A stretch of DNA of 64,000 nt from Candidatus Nitrotoga sp. LAW (lineage in GTDB: Bacteria; Pseudomonadota; Gammaproteobacteria; Burkholderiales; Gallionellaceae): positions 702 through 64,701 of the forward strand of contig QFXI01000003.1 of NCBI GenBank assembly GCA_003402315.1, given 5' to 3'. The number at the start of each line of letters is the position of its first letter. The stretch's first letter is position 1. The position numbers and the translations under genes are program-made. This document shows positions 29,884-38,821 of the stretch, piece by piece. Under the pieces are notes generated by a model. The model was not told where the DNA came from. It ran no database searches and saw only the letters and a list, made by a program, of their open reading frames with translations.

Positions 29884-30084
29884 AGCCCAGCCCTCCTAAT
29901 AATAAATAGCCATTTTATATCCTGATTGCTACAGCCACTCACAGCCTGCCCAAAATTCGGGCACATCACCGCTCACCGTCCATACCGCCGCTACAGCCCA
30001 ATATTTCAAGCTTCATGCTGTTCTCCTGTTAACATTCACTTCACATGATGTGAAAAAAGGCAGCATTTTTCACCAATAGCCGCA

Positions 30085-31572
30085 CTATTTCCAGAATACC
30101 TTGTGCCGCGTGAAATTCCTCCATGCCTGATGCAATTCTTGCAAGCGCGCACGGCTAGAACAGGCTGTCCATCCGCTAACGATGCCAGCCGCCTGCCCGC
30201 GTGGCACAGGCAGCTCGGAGAGTAGCCGTTGCGTGACAGCGGCGTCGTTTAAGGTGCCGAGCACATCCTGAAGCGCAGCCAGTGCCACGAGGTAGAGGCG
30301 CGCACGCTTATGCGGGTAGATGCCAGCAAAAAACTCCGCCGCGTAACGCAGCTTCTTGGCGGCAATACGCAACGCATGAAGTTCAGCCGTGTTCAGCGCA
30401 GCGTGGCGCCGGCCTTTGCGGCGTATGCGTTTATGCTGCCGGGTGAGAATTTGTGTGGCAAATTTGTTAAGCGCAACGGATTCGGTTTGCAGTTCCGCTT
30501 GGCGCGCGAGCTGAAGGCCGAGTGTTAGTACCAACCTGGTGTAGTGCTGCGACCGTACAGCCTCAAGCGCTGCCTGTCGGCGGGTATCGCGCAATTCGGC
30601 GGCGTCCGCCTGCAACCGTGCCAACGCCCGATTGTCGGGCAGCTGTTCGGCAATCTGCGGCAGCGTTTGGGTAACAAATACGTCCCAATCCCGCGCTGGC
30701 CCCAGGTAGCCCATGATCCAACGCAACTCCTGAATGACGCTAACAAATGCCTCGGGAAGCACGACGCCAAACAGGCCCAGCGCCGCGAGCAACTTTCTCA
30801 TTGCAACGCGCGCCTGATGCAGGTATTCCGGATCTTGCCCCAGTTCTGCTACGTTTCCCTGGAGCTGCGCGAGGCATTCCCCGGCAATGCGGTGAAATGC
30901 TTGCGTAACCGACATCTCTGGCACCAGTCCCACTGGCTGCGCCATGCGCGGTGGAGGCCTTTCTCCGCTGCATAGCAGATAGCCGCGCTGGGCCTTGCTT
31001 ATATCTTCTACCCAGAGCGGCACTTGTTTCTGGATGGCCAGAGCGACCTCGAACAGGCTTGTCGCCTCGCCCGCCTTAAGTTCAAGTTCCACTTCGCTGA
31101 TTGGCTGGCACCTGTTACCCGCATGTACCTTACCTTGGTCCAGCGCTAGCTCAATTTCGGTCCCTTGTGCTGTGCGAAGCTGCCAGGCTGTGCGCCAGAA
31201 ATCAGTAACGAATAGCGGGCACAGCCGTGCCAATAACTTGGGTGTCAATAATAGTGCGAGCTCAGGTGCAGTGCTTGGCGCCGGTTCGGGCTTCTCGCCT
31301 CGCACCGGCCATTCCCACTCGTTGCGATGGTGCAGCCCTCCTTCCGCGCTTCCCCCACCCTTAACCGTTTGCACCCAGCATCCACTCATTCGGCGCAGGC
31401 GGAGGGCAAAGCCCGCTCGCAGCAAATCCTGCTCGGGCGTGTCAAAATAAACGCTGTGAAGCTTGTGGCGGCGAGGTTTGCCCTGCGCCATTGATTTCAG
31501 AACAGGATGGCGCCGCAAACGCCCGACATGTGCGGGATCTATGGTCAGTTTCAGCTCGATTTCAGTGGACAT
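30085..31572 (-). CDS. CYTH and CHAD domain-containing protein
   Basis: N-terminal EIELK triphosphate-tunnel motif (CYTH). The C-terminal half is His/Arg-rich and helical, which is CHAD-like. Confidence 0.85.
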   Translation of the reverse strand: MSTEIELKLTIDPAHVGRLRRHPVLKSMAQGKPRRHKLHSVYFDTPEQDLLRAGFALRLRRMSGCWVQTVKGGGSAEGGLHHRNEWEWPVRGEKPEPAPSTAPELALLLTPKLLARLCPLFVTDFWRTAWQLRTAQGTEIELALDQGKVHAGNRCQPISEVELELKAGEATSLFEVALAIQKQVPLWVEDISKAQRGYLLCSGERPPPRMAQPVGLVPEMSVTQAFHRIAGECLAQLQGNVAELGQDPEYLHQARVAMRKLLAALGLFGVVLPEAFVSVIQELRWIMGYLGPARDWDVFVTQTLPQIAEQLPDNRALARLQADAAELRDTRRQAALEAVRSQHYTRLVLTLGLQLARQAELQTESVALNKFATQILTRQHKRIRRKGRRHAALNTAELHALRIAAKKLRYAAEFFAGIYPHKRARLYLVALAALQDVLGTLNDAAVTQRLLSELPVPRGQAAGIVSGWTACSSRARLQELHQAWRNFTRHKVFWK

Positions 31573-31685
31573 GGGCGCGGTAGATAATAAAAAGCCTTGA
31601 GGTAAGATGCGGCGAAACAGGGTGATTGAAAGCGGACTGGCAGAAGTATAGCCACTCAGGCCGCACGAAGCTATTGATCCGGCAC

Positions 31686-31717
31686 GGAGTTAATACTTCA
31701 CCATGCCGGATCAATAA
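31686..31717 (-). repeat. Copy 2 of the dispersed element seen at 10254-10285
   Basis: The reverse complement is TTATTGATCCGGCATGGTGAAGTATTAACTCC, 30/32 identical to copy 1. Together with 31670-31685 it forms a 13-14 bp inverted repeat. Confidence 0.85.
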
Positions 31718-31798
31718 GGTGCCGGATCAATAAGGTGCCGGATCAATAAGGTGCCGGATCAATAAGGTGCCGGATCAATAAGGTGCCGGATCAATAAG
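31703..31798. repeat. Tandem repeat, 16 bp x 6 (GTGCCGGATCAATAAG)
   Basis: Six head-to-tail copies, the first starting AT instead of GT. Each contains GATC. An inverted partial copy (GCTATTGATCCGGCAC, 31670-31685) precedes the block. The location is intergenic. Confidence 0.95.
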
Positions 31799-31836
31799 CC
31801 TGTCGCAAGCGGAGCGGCAAGAGGTGCGTAGGTCGT

Positions 31837-32586
31837 CTATGGGCGGATAAAATGCTTGGCATATTTTTCGTTTAGCCTGGACATGGGCAATAAGATGAAC
31901 AAGTCAGCAGTATTGAAATCTGGATCCCAGGCCGGTTCACCGCCAATGTAAGCGCCCAAGCGTAAATAGCCTTTAATTAACGGGGGAATATTGACGTCAA
32001 GCGTACTGTCTAATGCTTCCAACGGTAACGGACAGCGGGGAAACACGCGATATTCGGCGGGTGCCGCATACAGCTTGTTCAATTTTTTGAAAATGCTGGC
32101 AGCGCAATGCCCACCATCGTTCATGCTAATGCTGGCGCAACCAATCAGGTATTCATGGTTGTTCTTGTGCATATAATCAGCGAGACCACTCCATAATCGG
32201 GCGATAGTTGCGCCATCGCGGTAATTTGAATGTACGCAGGAGCGGCCAACTTCAACCATGCGGTCGCGCAGATGAGCCAAGCGCGTTAAGTCAAACTCGG
32301 TTTCTGCGTAATAGCCGCAGATGGTTCGAGCGCGGTCGGGGGGCAATATCCGATAGGTACCGATCACCTTGTTGGTGCCGTTATCGCGTACTAGCAAATG
32401 TTCGCAATAACGGTCAAAAACGTCGCAGTCAATTCCTTCATGTGCGCTAACCAAAGAGGCGCCCATTTCTTCAGCAAATACTTTATACCTCAGGCGTTGC
32501 GCTTCCTCAATTTCCGAGTCGGTTCTAGCCATGCTGAGGGTAAATCTATTATGCGGCAGGTGGTGTTTTTGGTTTAGATTTAACAT
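31837..32586 (-). CDS. olsB: GNAT-family N-acyltransferase, OlsB-like (ornithine lipid synthesis)
   Basis: The sequence EIEEAQRLRYKVFAEEMGA...YRILPP...YYAETEFDL is typical of OlsB-type acyltransferases. It sits next to a PlsC-type acyltransferase. The ATG at 32586 has GGAG 6 nt upstream; the track ORF runs to 32751. Confidence 0.7.
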   Translation of the reverse strand: MLNLNQKHHLPHNRFTLSMARTDSEIEEAQRLRYKVFAEEMGASLVSAHEGIDCDVFDRYCEHLLVRDNGTNKVIGTYRILPPDRARTICGYYAETEFDLTRLAHLRDRMVEVGRSCVHSNYRDGATIARLWSGLADYMHKNNHEYLIGCASISMNDGGHCAASIFKKLNKLYAAPAEYRVFPRCPLPLEALDSTLDVNIPPLIKGYLRLGAYIGGEPAWDPDFNTADLFILLPMSRLNEKYAKHFIRP

Positions 32587-32773
32587 CGTTGTCTCCATAC
32601 GTAGGATAAAGACAAATTTAACGATGGCCTGTTGCAGGGGTATTACAGGAAAATTAAGGATTGATGAAAAGCGTACTTTAATTCGCTTGTTAAATTTTGG
32701 GGATGAAGCCCATGTTGAGCAAAAACGTGGGGGCTCAAAGGAAGAGCACAAGATGGCGTTGGCGATTGTGGCG

Positions 32774-33604
32774 CTACTCTGCTATATGACTGGCATGGCC
32801 GGATGATAGATTGGTCAGGGCCGTATGGATAGCTTCCCGCGCCTCGGAGGCCAGCATACGGCGGTTCTTTCCTGTGCATGGGATTGCCGGTAAATATACC
32901 AGAGTGACATGCAAAGAAGGACTACACAGAATTTTCCATAACGACCCGATAAATGTCATGTCGCCCACAAAAGCCGCATCGCCATTAGCCGTGCCAGTCC
33001 CATCGTGATAGCGGATAGCAACCGGACAAATAGTCGATCCAATATCAACAGGCCCTTGCAGTAGTGACGAATGAAAATGGCCAAGTTGGGTGCCATCGGT
33101 GGTTGTACCTTCCGGGAACACGGCGACACGATCTCCCTGTTCGAGCATTCCTTTAATTTGGCCGTTAATGCGCGCTGTCTCCTGTCGGATGTCACGCTTG
33201 ATAAACAGGGTGTTAATACGGTGGAATATCCAGCCCAAAACTGGCCAATCACCCACTTCAGATTTGGCGACAAAGTATGCCGGAAGCACTGCGTTCATGG
33301 AAACGGCATCCAGCCAAGAGATATGGTTGGCAACAAGCAGGCGGCCCTGCGCAGTTGCATTATGGTAACAACCATAAGTTTCCAAACCAACGTTTAGTAA
33401 ATCCAAAAACTTACGTGACCAATATTGAACGATGTGCTGTTGCGTTGATTTGTTCAGTAACGGAATTGCACCGGCAAGTAGCATGCCATAAATAATATGG
33501 AATGCTATGCGACTACCCCGGAAGCAGGCAGTTGGGGTGCTTGTCAATTGCGGTGCTTGATAGGGAGTTTCGCAGCTGTGGGAGGTGGGGTTCATAATAG
33601 CCAT
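32774..33604 (-). CDS. olsA: Lysophospholipid (PlsC-family) acyltransferase, OlsA-like
   Basis: HX4D motif (NHISWLDAV) and FPEGTT motif. Confidence 0.75.
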   Translation of the reverse strand: MAIMNPTSHSCETPYQAPQLTSTPTACFRGSRIAFHIIYGMLLAGAIPLLNKSTQQHIVQYWSRKFLDLLNVGLETYGCYHNATAQGRLLVANHISWLDAVSMNAVLPAYFVAKSEVGDWPVLGWIFHRINTLFIKRDIRQETARINGQIKGMLEQGDRVAVFPEGTTTDGTQLGHFHSSLLQGPVDIGSTICPVAIRYHDGTGTANGDAAFVGDMTFIGSLWKILCSPSLHVTLVYLPAIPCTGKNRRMLASEAREAIHTALTNLSSGHASHIAE

Positions 33605-33764
33605 GTTATTTTGTCCGCATAAGAAATGGTTTCATGGCATTAAACGCGCAAAATGTTACACCCGTATTAATACTGTTTGTTTGGGTGGTTGCTGGAGCAT
33701 AAAGTACACTTAGGAGTGTTTTGCTTGCTAAGTGAAGAACAGTTTAACGCCGATCTGGGGCACA

Positions 33765-34508
33765 CTATCTGTAGCAAATGTCAATACGTTCCGTGGCAAA
33801 CTTCTCTAAAACTTCGCGTTCAATCTCTTCCACGGTGACATGGCGCACGTCTTTGCCCTTGACCATATAAACCACATATTCAGATATATTTTTGGCATGG
33901 TCACCGACACGCTCAATGGCCTTGGCGATAAACAGAATTTCCAGCGCAGTGGAGATGGTGCGCGGGTCTTCCATCATGTAGGTGATGAGGTAGCGTAGGA
34001 TGGTACGGAATTCCTCATCAACCAAGTCATCCTGACGCACCACTTGGGCTGTGTGATGAAGATCAAGACGGGCAAAGGCATCCAACGATTTACGTAGCAT
34101 GTCCAAAGCCAGTTCAGCGATATGTTTGATCTCCGTATAACGCGGCAAGACGAGACACTTCCTCTGTGACAGCAGTTTACCTATGCGTGCTATTTTTGCT
34201 GCCTCATCACCGATACGCTCGAGGTCAGTGATAGTTTTGGCCATCGTCATCACCATACGCAAGTCCCCTGCGGCAGGCTGTCGCCGTACAATAATCTGGC
34301 TACAGTTTTCGTCAATTTGTACTTCCATCGCGTTAACGCGGTGATCATCATTAATAACACGGTTCATTGATGGCACGTCGTCACTAATTAGCGCCTCAAT
34401 AGCTAGCTGGATCTGACTTTCCACCAATCCACCCATTTGTAATACTTGCGCTCTCACCGTATCCAGATCGGCATCAAATTGTTTAGAGGTATGTTCAGTG
34501 GAGATCAT
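33765..34508 (-). CDS. phoU: Phosphate signalling complex protein PhoU
   Basis: 247 aa with duplicated PhoU repeats carrying E(R)IGD motifs (DLERIGDEA, AIERVGDHA). Confidence 0.92.
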   Translation of the reverse strand: MISTEHTSKQFDADLDTVRAQVLQMGGLVESQIQLAIEALISDDVPSMNRVINDDHRVNAMEVQIDENCSQIIVRRQPAAGDLRMVMTMAKTITDLERIGDEAAKIARIGKLLSQRKCLVLPRYTEIKHIAELALDMLRKSLDAFARLDLHHTAQVVRQDDLVDEEFRTILRYLITYMMEDPRTISTALEILFIAKAIERVGDHAKNISEYVVYMVKGKDVRHVTVEEIEREVLEKFATERIDICYR

Positions 34509-34652
34509 GTTTAAAATTCTTTTTGGATAGAAGTTAGTGGTGATACTACTCGCGTACTATGACAATTTTGTTACGTACAAAGCAAAAAGTGTACGTACCC
34601 AGACTGTGGATTTATGAGGATTTTCACTTCCAAATAAATGTTCCCCCACCAA

Positions 34653-34677
34653 TAAAAAAGACCGCAAACTGCGGTCT
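34653..34677 (-). terminator. Rho-independent terminator downstream of the PhoX-like gene
   Basis: On the minus strand: GACCGCA-gtt-TGCGGTC followed by TTTTTTATT. Confidence 0.7.
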
Positions 34678-34753
34678 TTCAGTATTAACATTTGACTAAG
34701 AGCCGAAATAAAATTATTCCCTACTCAAACAAAATTCTCATTTTGAAAAAATA

Positions 34754-36223
34754 TTATTTCTTGATTTTAAATCCCGTTATTTTGATGATGTCATCGGTGC
34801 CATATCCATCCACCATAGGCATATTCGTGTCGTCTGAATGCTGGATCGAAACATAAGCCGTATTACCGTCAGCTGAGAAAATAAAGCCGGTTGGTTCAGC
34901 GCTGGAATCTTTCACCGAAAGCATCTTTACACATCCATCTGTCTTGATATCGCGGTCAATGCCATCTGGCAGGCAAGCAAAAATATCACCATTTGAGTGA
35001 TCTTCAATCACGTACAAATTGCCAGTTTTTGGTTGAAATTCAAGGTTATCAAAGGCATTAAAATCAGTATCACCTTCAACAAACCGATTTACGTCAACAG
35101 TGCGCTTGGTTGCATCGGCGATTAACGGTTTGTCGTCCACACCACAAATAACTTCAGCAAAGTTAAACGCATCTTCGTTGCCGGTGTTAGCCCAGCAGAA
35201 ACGGATTGCTTCCGGGTTAGCGGAGTCCGTATACATCAGATCCTGATGTAAGTCTTCAGGGCGATAATAACCGGTCGCGCCTTTCACATAGGCGTCAGCC
35301 CGGGCAGTAGCTGCATTGACTGGCAACCAAGCCGCATTGCCGATTTCACAACCTTGGCCGTACTGCTGATTGTTATTCACGCAGGAAACCTGCATGGCAT
35401 AAACAGAGCCAGCAGCAAGCGGCGAATCAGCCAGATTTTCGATTTTGTCATTTTCGGTGCGGGGCGTTTGCGGCACAAACTTGAAAATAGCGCCGCCATC
35501 GGCATCAGCAGGCGTGCCAGGGCGCAGCTCATCGCCTGCGATTACCACGCCGGACGGCAGAATCGCCAATCCTTCCCAAGCCATGGTCGGCAGCGCATTA
35601 CGTTTAGCAATGTGAGCTGAGTCAGTCACCGCTCCACTGGTACGATCAAGTACTGTTTGATTGGATATATTCAGCGGATCAAGTATTTCATAAGCGCCAC
35701 CATCACTGCGCTCTTCAGTGGCCAGAATGGTGTTCCAGGGTGTCGTACGGATACCGTCGCAGGCGCTCATGCCGCGCAAGAGCGTTTCAACATGCCCTGT
35801 TGCAAGGTTAATACTCTGAACGGATGGGTTGTATTTGCCAGGGGCGAGCACAGCACGGCCTCCTTCAACACAAGTAATTAAATGGGTAGGCTTATCTACA
35901 GGGAAAAACGCCATCATGTCCGTGGCATTAGCCGCGTTACGGGTCAGATACTCCGCTTTTAGGCCTCCAGCCACCAGCACTTGGCTTGTCGCTTTCTGAT
36001 CCAATGCCCGATAGGGACCTGTCGTTGCCGGTGCGGATTTTTGTAGCGGTTTATTAAAGCCGAACAATTTCTCGGATTGCGCGTTCAGCAAGTGCTCTGT
36101 CATAGCGCCAAAGTCTTTTTTGTTGTCGGAACCGTTGAAATCGTCATCAGCTAGTGCAATATTTGAAAAAATAATCGAAGTAAGAGCAATTGCAAGCGTA
36201 GAACGTTTGAGCATAAAGTTCAT
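34754..36223 (-). CDS. Secreted PhoX/DUF839-like beta-propeller protein (putative phosphatase)
   Basis: Signal peptide MNFMLKRSTLAIALTSIIFSNIALA. The ATG at 36223 is preceded by AAGGAG. The C-terminal region NLEFQPKTGNLYVIEDH...AEPTGFIFSADGNTAYVSIQH resembles PhoX-type propellers. It lies between phoU and ppk1. The family call is tentative. Confidence 0.5.
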   Translation of the reverse strand: MNFMLKRSTLAIALTSIIFSNIALADDDFNGSDNKKDFGAMTEHLLNAQSEKLFGFNKPLQKSAPATTGPYRALDQKATSQVLVAGGLKAEYLTRNAANATDMMAFFPVDKPTHLITCVEGGRAVLAPGKYNPSVQSINLATGHVETLLRGMSACDGIRTTPWNTILATEERSDGGAYEILDPLNISNQTVLDRTSGAVTDSAHIAKRNALPTMAWEGLAILPSGVVIAGDELRPGTPADADGGAIFKFVPQTPRTENDKIENLADSPLAAGSVYAMQVSCVNNNQQYGQGCEIGNAAWLPVNAATARADAYVKGATGYYRPEDLHQDLMYTDSANPEAIRFCWANTGNEDAFNFAEVICGVDDKPLIADATKRTVDVNRFVEGDTDFNAFDNLEFQPKTGNLYVIEDHSNGDIFACLPDGIDRDIKTDGCVKMLSVKDSSAEPTGFIFSADGNTAYVSIQHSDDTNMPMVDGYGTDDIIKITGFKIKK

Positions 36224-36516
36224 CTTGAAACTCCTTAATAAAATATTAACAGGCAGATTATTGAAATTAGACATGGGTGCAGTTATCCGAATTACTACTG
36301 CGAAGCCAGTCTAATCAAGCAACGTGACAGAAATATTAATTAATCCGTACTTCCTGAATGGCGTGTCAACTTCTTTTTCAAGCAGCTATCCAATAGCTTG
36401 GGATTTTTGTTACGGTGAGCGATGTGTTTATTAGTGGAGAAAAAAGTATCAGCGCAGAACTATTATCAAGAACATTATCTGCAAAAAATCAACAGCCACT
36501 TAGCCCAAAGAATCGC

Positions 36517-38613
36517 TTATAGCGGCTCAGGCGTCGAATCGGCGAGCCGCTGTAATAATGAAAATTGCGCACATTTCAGTTCATAACGGCCGGGGATTTT
36601 CGCTCGATAATGTCCATTCGAATCCATTTGCCAGGCTTGAAAGTTGTCCTGCAGATAAACTTTCAGTCCTTCATCAATCACGCGTTTTTTCAGCTTCTTG
36701 TCGAGCACGGGAAAACATACTTCTATACGACGGAAGAAATTGCGGTCCATCCAATCAGCACTGCTCAGATACACGTTATGCGCCAGATTATTGCGAAAGT
36801 AGAATATGCGCGTGTGTTCCAAAAAACGGCCAACTATCGAGCGCACACGGATATTTTCGGATAGTCCTGGCACTTCCGGACGCAGCGCGCATACCCCGCG
36901 CACAATAAGATCCACTTTTACCCCGGCCTGTGATGCTTCGTACAGCGCCCTGATAATTTCTGGTTCAAGTAATGCGTTCATCTTGGCGATAATGTGTGCG
37001 CGCTTGCCTGTCTTGGCGAGTTTGGTTTCATTCTGAATAGCGCACAGAATCTGGCTGTGCAACGAGAACGGCGATTGCCACAGATAATTTAATTTGCCCG
37101 CTTTGCCCAGACCGGTCAGCTGTGTAAATACTTCATTGACGTCTGCACACATTTGCTCATTGCCCGTAAACAAGCCGAAATCCGTATAAAGCCGTGCAGT
37201 GCGCGGATGATAATTGCCGGTGCCCAAATGTACATAACGGCGCAGCTTGCCGTCCTCGCGCCGTACCACCATCAACATCTTGGCATGGGTCTTGTGTCCA
37301 ACAACGCCATAAACCACGTGCGCCCCGACTTCTTCCAAACGGCTTGCCCAGTTTATGTTTGCTTCCTCGTCGAAACGTGCCAGCAGTTCCACCACGACAG
37401 TTACTTCTTTACCATGTTGGGCAGCGGTGACGAGCGCCTCCATTAATTCTGAATCCACACCGGTGCGGTACACGGTCTGTTTGATGGCAACCACACTGGG
37501 ATCGGCGGCGGCCTGCTGAATAAGATCAATAACAGGTTTGAACGACTGGAAAGGGTGATGCAGCAATACATCGTTTTTGCGGATGACTTTGAACATATCC
37601 GCGCCTTTCTTCAATAGATCGCTAGGTATGCCAGGAGCAAAAGCAGGGAATTTCAGGTCATCGCGTGCGACCTGGTCGGGAATACCCATCAGGCGCACCA
37701 AATTTACCGGGCCATCTACGCGGTACAGATCATCTTGTCCCAGTTCGAATTGTTGCAATAAATAGGCGGCTACTTGGGGCGAGCAATTGTCTGTAACTTC
37801 CAGGCGCACAGCATTACCGAAGTGCCGCTGCGGCAATTCACCCTGCAAGCTGATGCGTAGATTTTTCACCTCTTCTTCATCCACAAACAGATTACTGTTG
37901 CGAGTAACACGGAACTGGTGGCAGCTTAATACGTCCATTCCGCCGAACAGCTCGCCGACATGGGCATGCAAAATAGAAGAAAGAAATACAAAGCCATGCG
38001 CGCATCCACTGATTTCAGACGGCAACAAAATGGTGCGCGGCAATACGCGCGGCGCCTGCACAATGGCCTTGGCAGAATTGCGCCCAAAGGCATCTTTGCC
38101 GACCAGCTCGACAGCAAAATTCAAACTTTTGTTAAGTACCCGAGGAAAAGGGTGCGATGGATCAAGGCCGATTGGAGTAAGAACCGGCATTACTTCACAC
38201 AAAAAGAAATTTTTAATCCAGGCGCGTTGAACATCATTCCAATTAGTGCGGCGCAGGAAACGAATACCATGCCTATCCAATACAGGCAAAATGCCGCCGT
38301 TCAGTATGCGATATTGCCGCTCGATGAGACGATGCACCTGCTCCCGTACGCGCTTAAGTGTCTGGCGTACATCCATGCCATCTGGCCCGGATGCAACACT
38401 TTTAAGGTTAATTTGCTCCTTTAACCCGGCGACACGGATTTCAAAAAACTCATCCAGGTTGCTGCTGACAATACATAGGTATTTCAGACGTTCCAGAATC
38501 GGGATGTTGGAATTTTCTGCTTGCGCCAGCACGCGCTGGTTAAATTCAAGTTGGCCTAGTTCACGATTAATAAAATGCTGCGGGCGGAAATCTTTGTCTG
38601 TTGTACGGTTCAT
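36517..38613 (-). CDS. ppk: Polyphosphate kinase 1
   Basis: 698 aa with the canonical PPK1 N-terminus (FINRELGQLEFNQRVL...ERLKYLCIVSSNLDEFFEIRVAGL) and HKxxxxD-like PLD motifs. Confidence 0.95.
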   Translation of the reverse strand: MNRTTDKDFRPQHFINRELGQLEFNQRVLAQAENSNIPILERLKYLCIVSSNLDEFFEIRVAGLKEQINLKSVASGPDGMDVRQTLKRVREQVHRLIERQYRILNGGILPVLDRHGIRFLRRTNWNDVQRAWIKNFFLCEVMPVLTPIGLDPSHPFPRVLNKSLNFAVELVGKDAFGRNSAKAIVQAPRVLPRTILLPSEISGCAHGFVFLSSILHAHVGELFGGMDVLSCHQFRVTRNSNLFVDEEEVKNLRISLQGELPQRHFGNAVRLEVTDNCSPQVAAYLLQQFELGQDDLYRVDGPVNLVRLMGIPDQVARDDLKFPAFAPGIPSDLLKKGADMFKVIRKNDVLLHHPFQSFKPVIDLIQQAAADPSVVAIKQTVYRTGVDSELMEALVTAAQHGKEVTVVVELLARFDEEANINWASRLEEVGAHVVYGVVGHKTHAKMLMVVRREDGKLRRYVHLGTGNYHPRTARLYTDFGLFTGNEQMCADVNEVFTQLTGLGKAGKLNYLWQSPFSLHSQILCAIQNETKLAKTGKRAHIIAKMNALLEPEIIRALYEASQAGVKVDLIVRGVCALRPEVPGLSENIRVRSIVGRFLEHTRIFYFRNNLAHNVYLSSADWMDRNFFRRIEVCFPVLDKKLKKRVIDEGLKVYLQDNFQAWQMDSNGHYRAKIPGRYELKCAQFSLLQRLADSTPEPL

Positions 38614-38821
38614 TTATAGTTACCAGACTGCAAACGCAAAGTCAGTCAGATCAAAAGATTTCCTGAATCTGTCGCAGTCAATTTTGAAAATTTTAGTTAA
38701 TGCGACAAGGCCATTCGCCCACCCATGATGATCATGCCAATGGTCATTTCCCACTTGCGCTTAGCCTCATGCGATTAACTTTCGTCAAACTTAATTTGAT
38801 TGCAACCATAATATATTGCAA

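Noticed and set aside
36224-36516. Looked for a Pho box upstream of the PhoX-like gene. CTGTCAC is present on the minus strand at about 36326-36332.
   Set aside because: Only one half-site is present. The 11-bp-upstream partner is unrecognisable.
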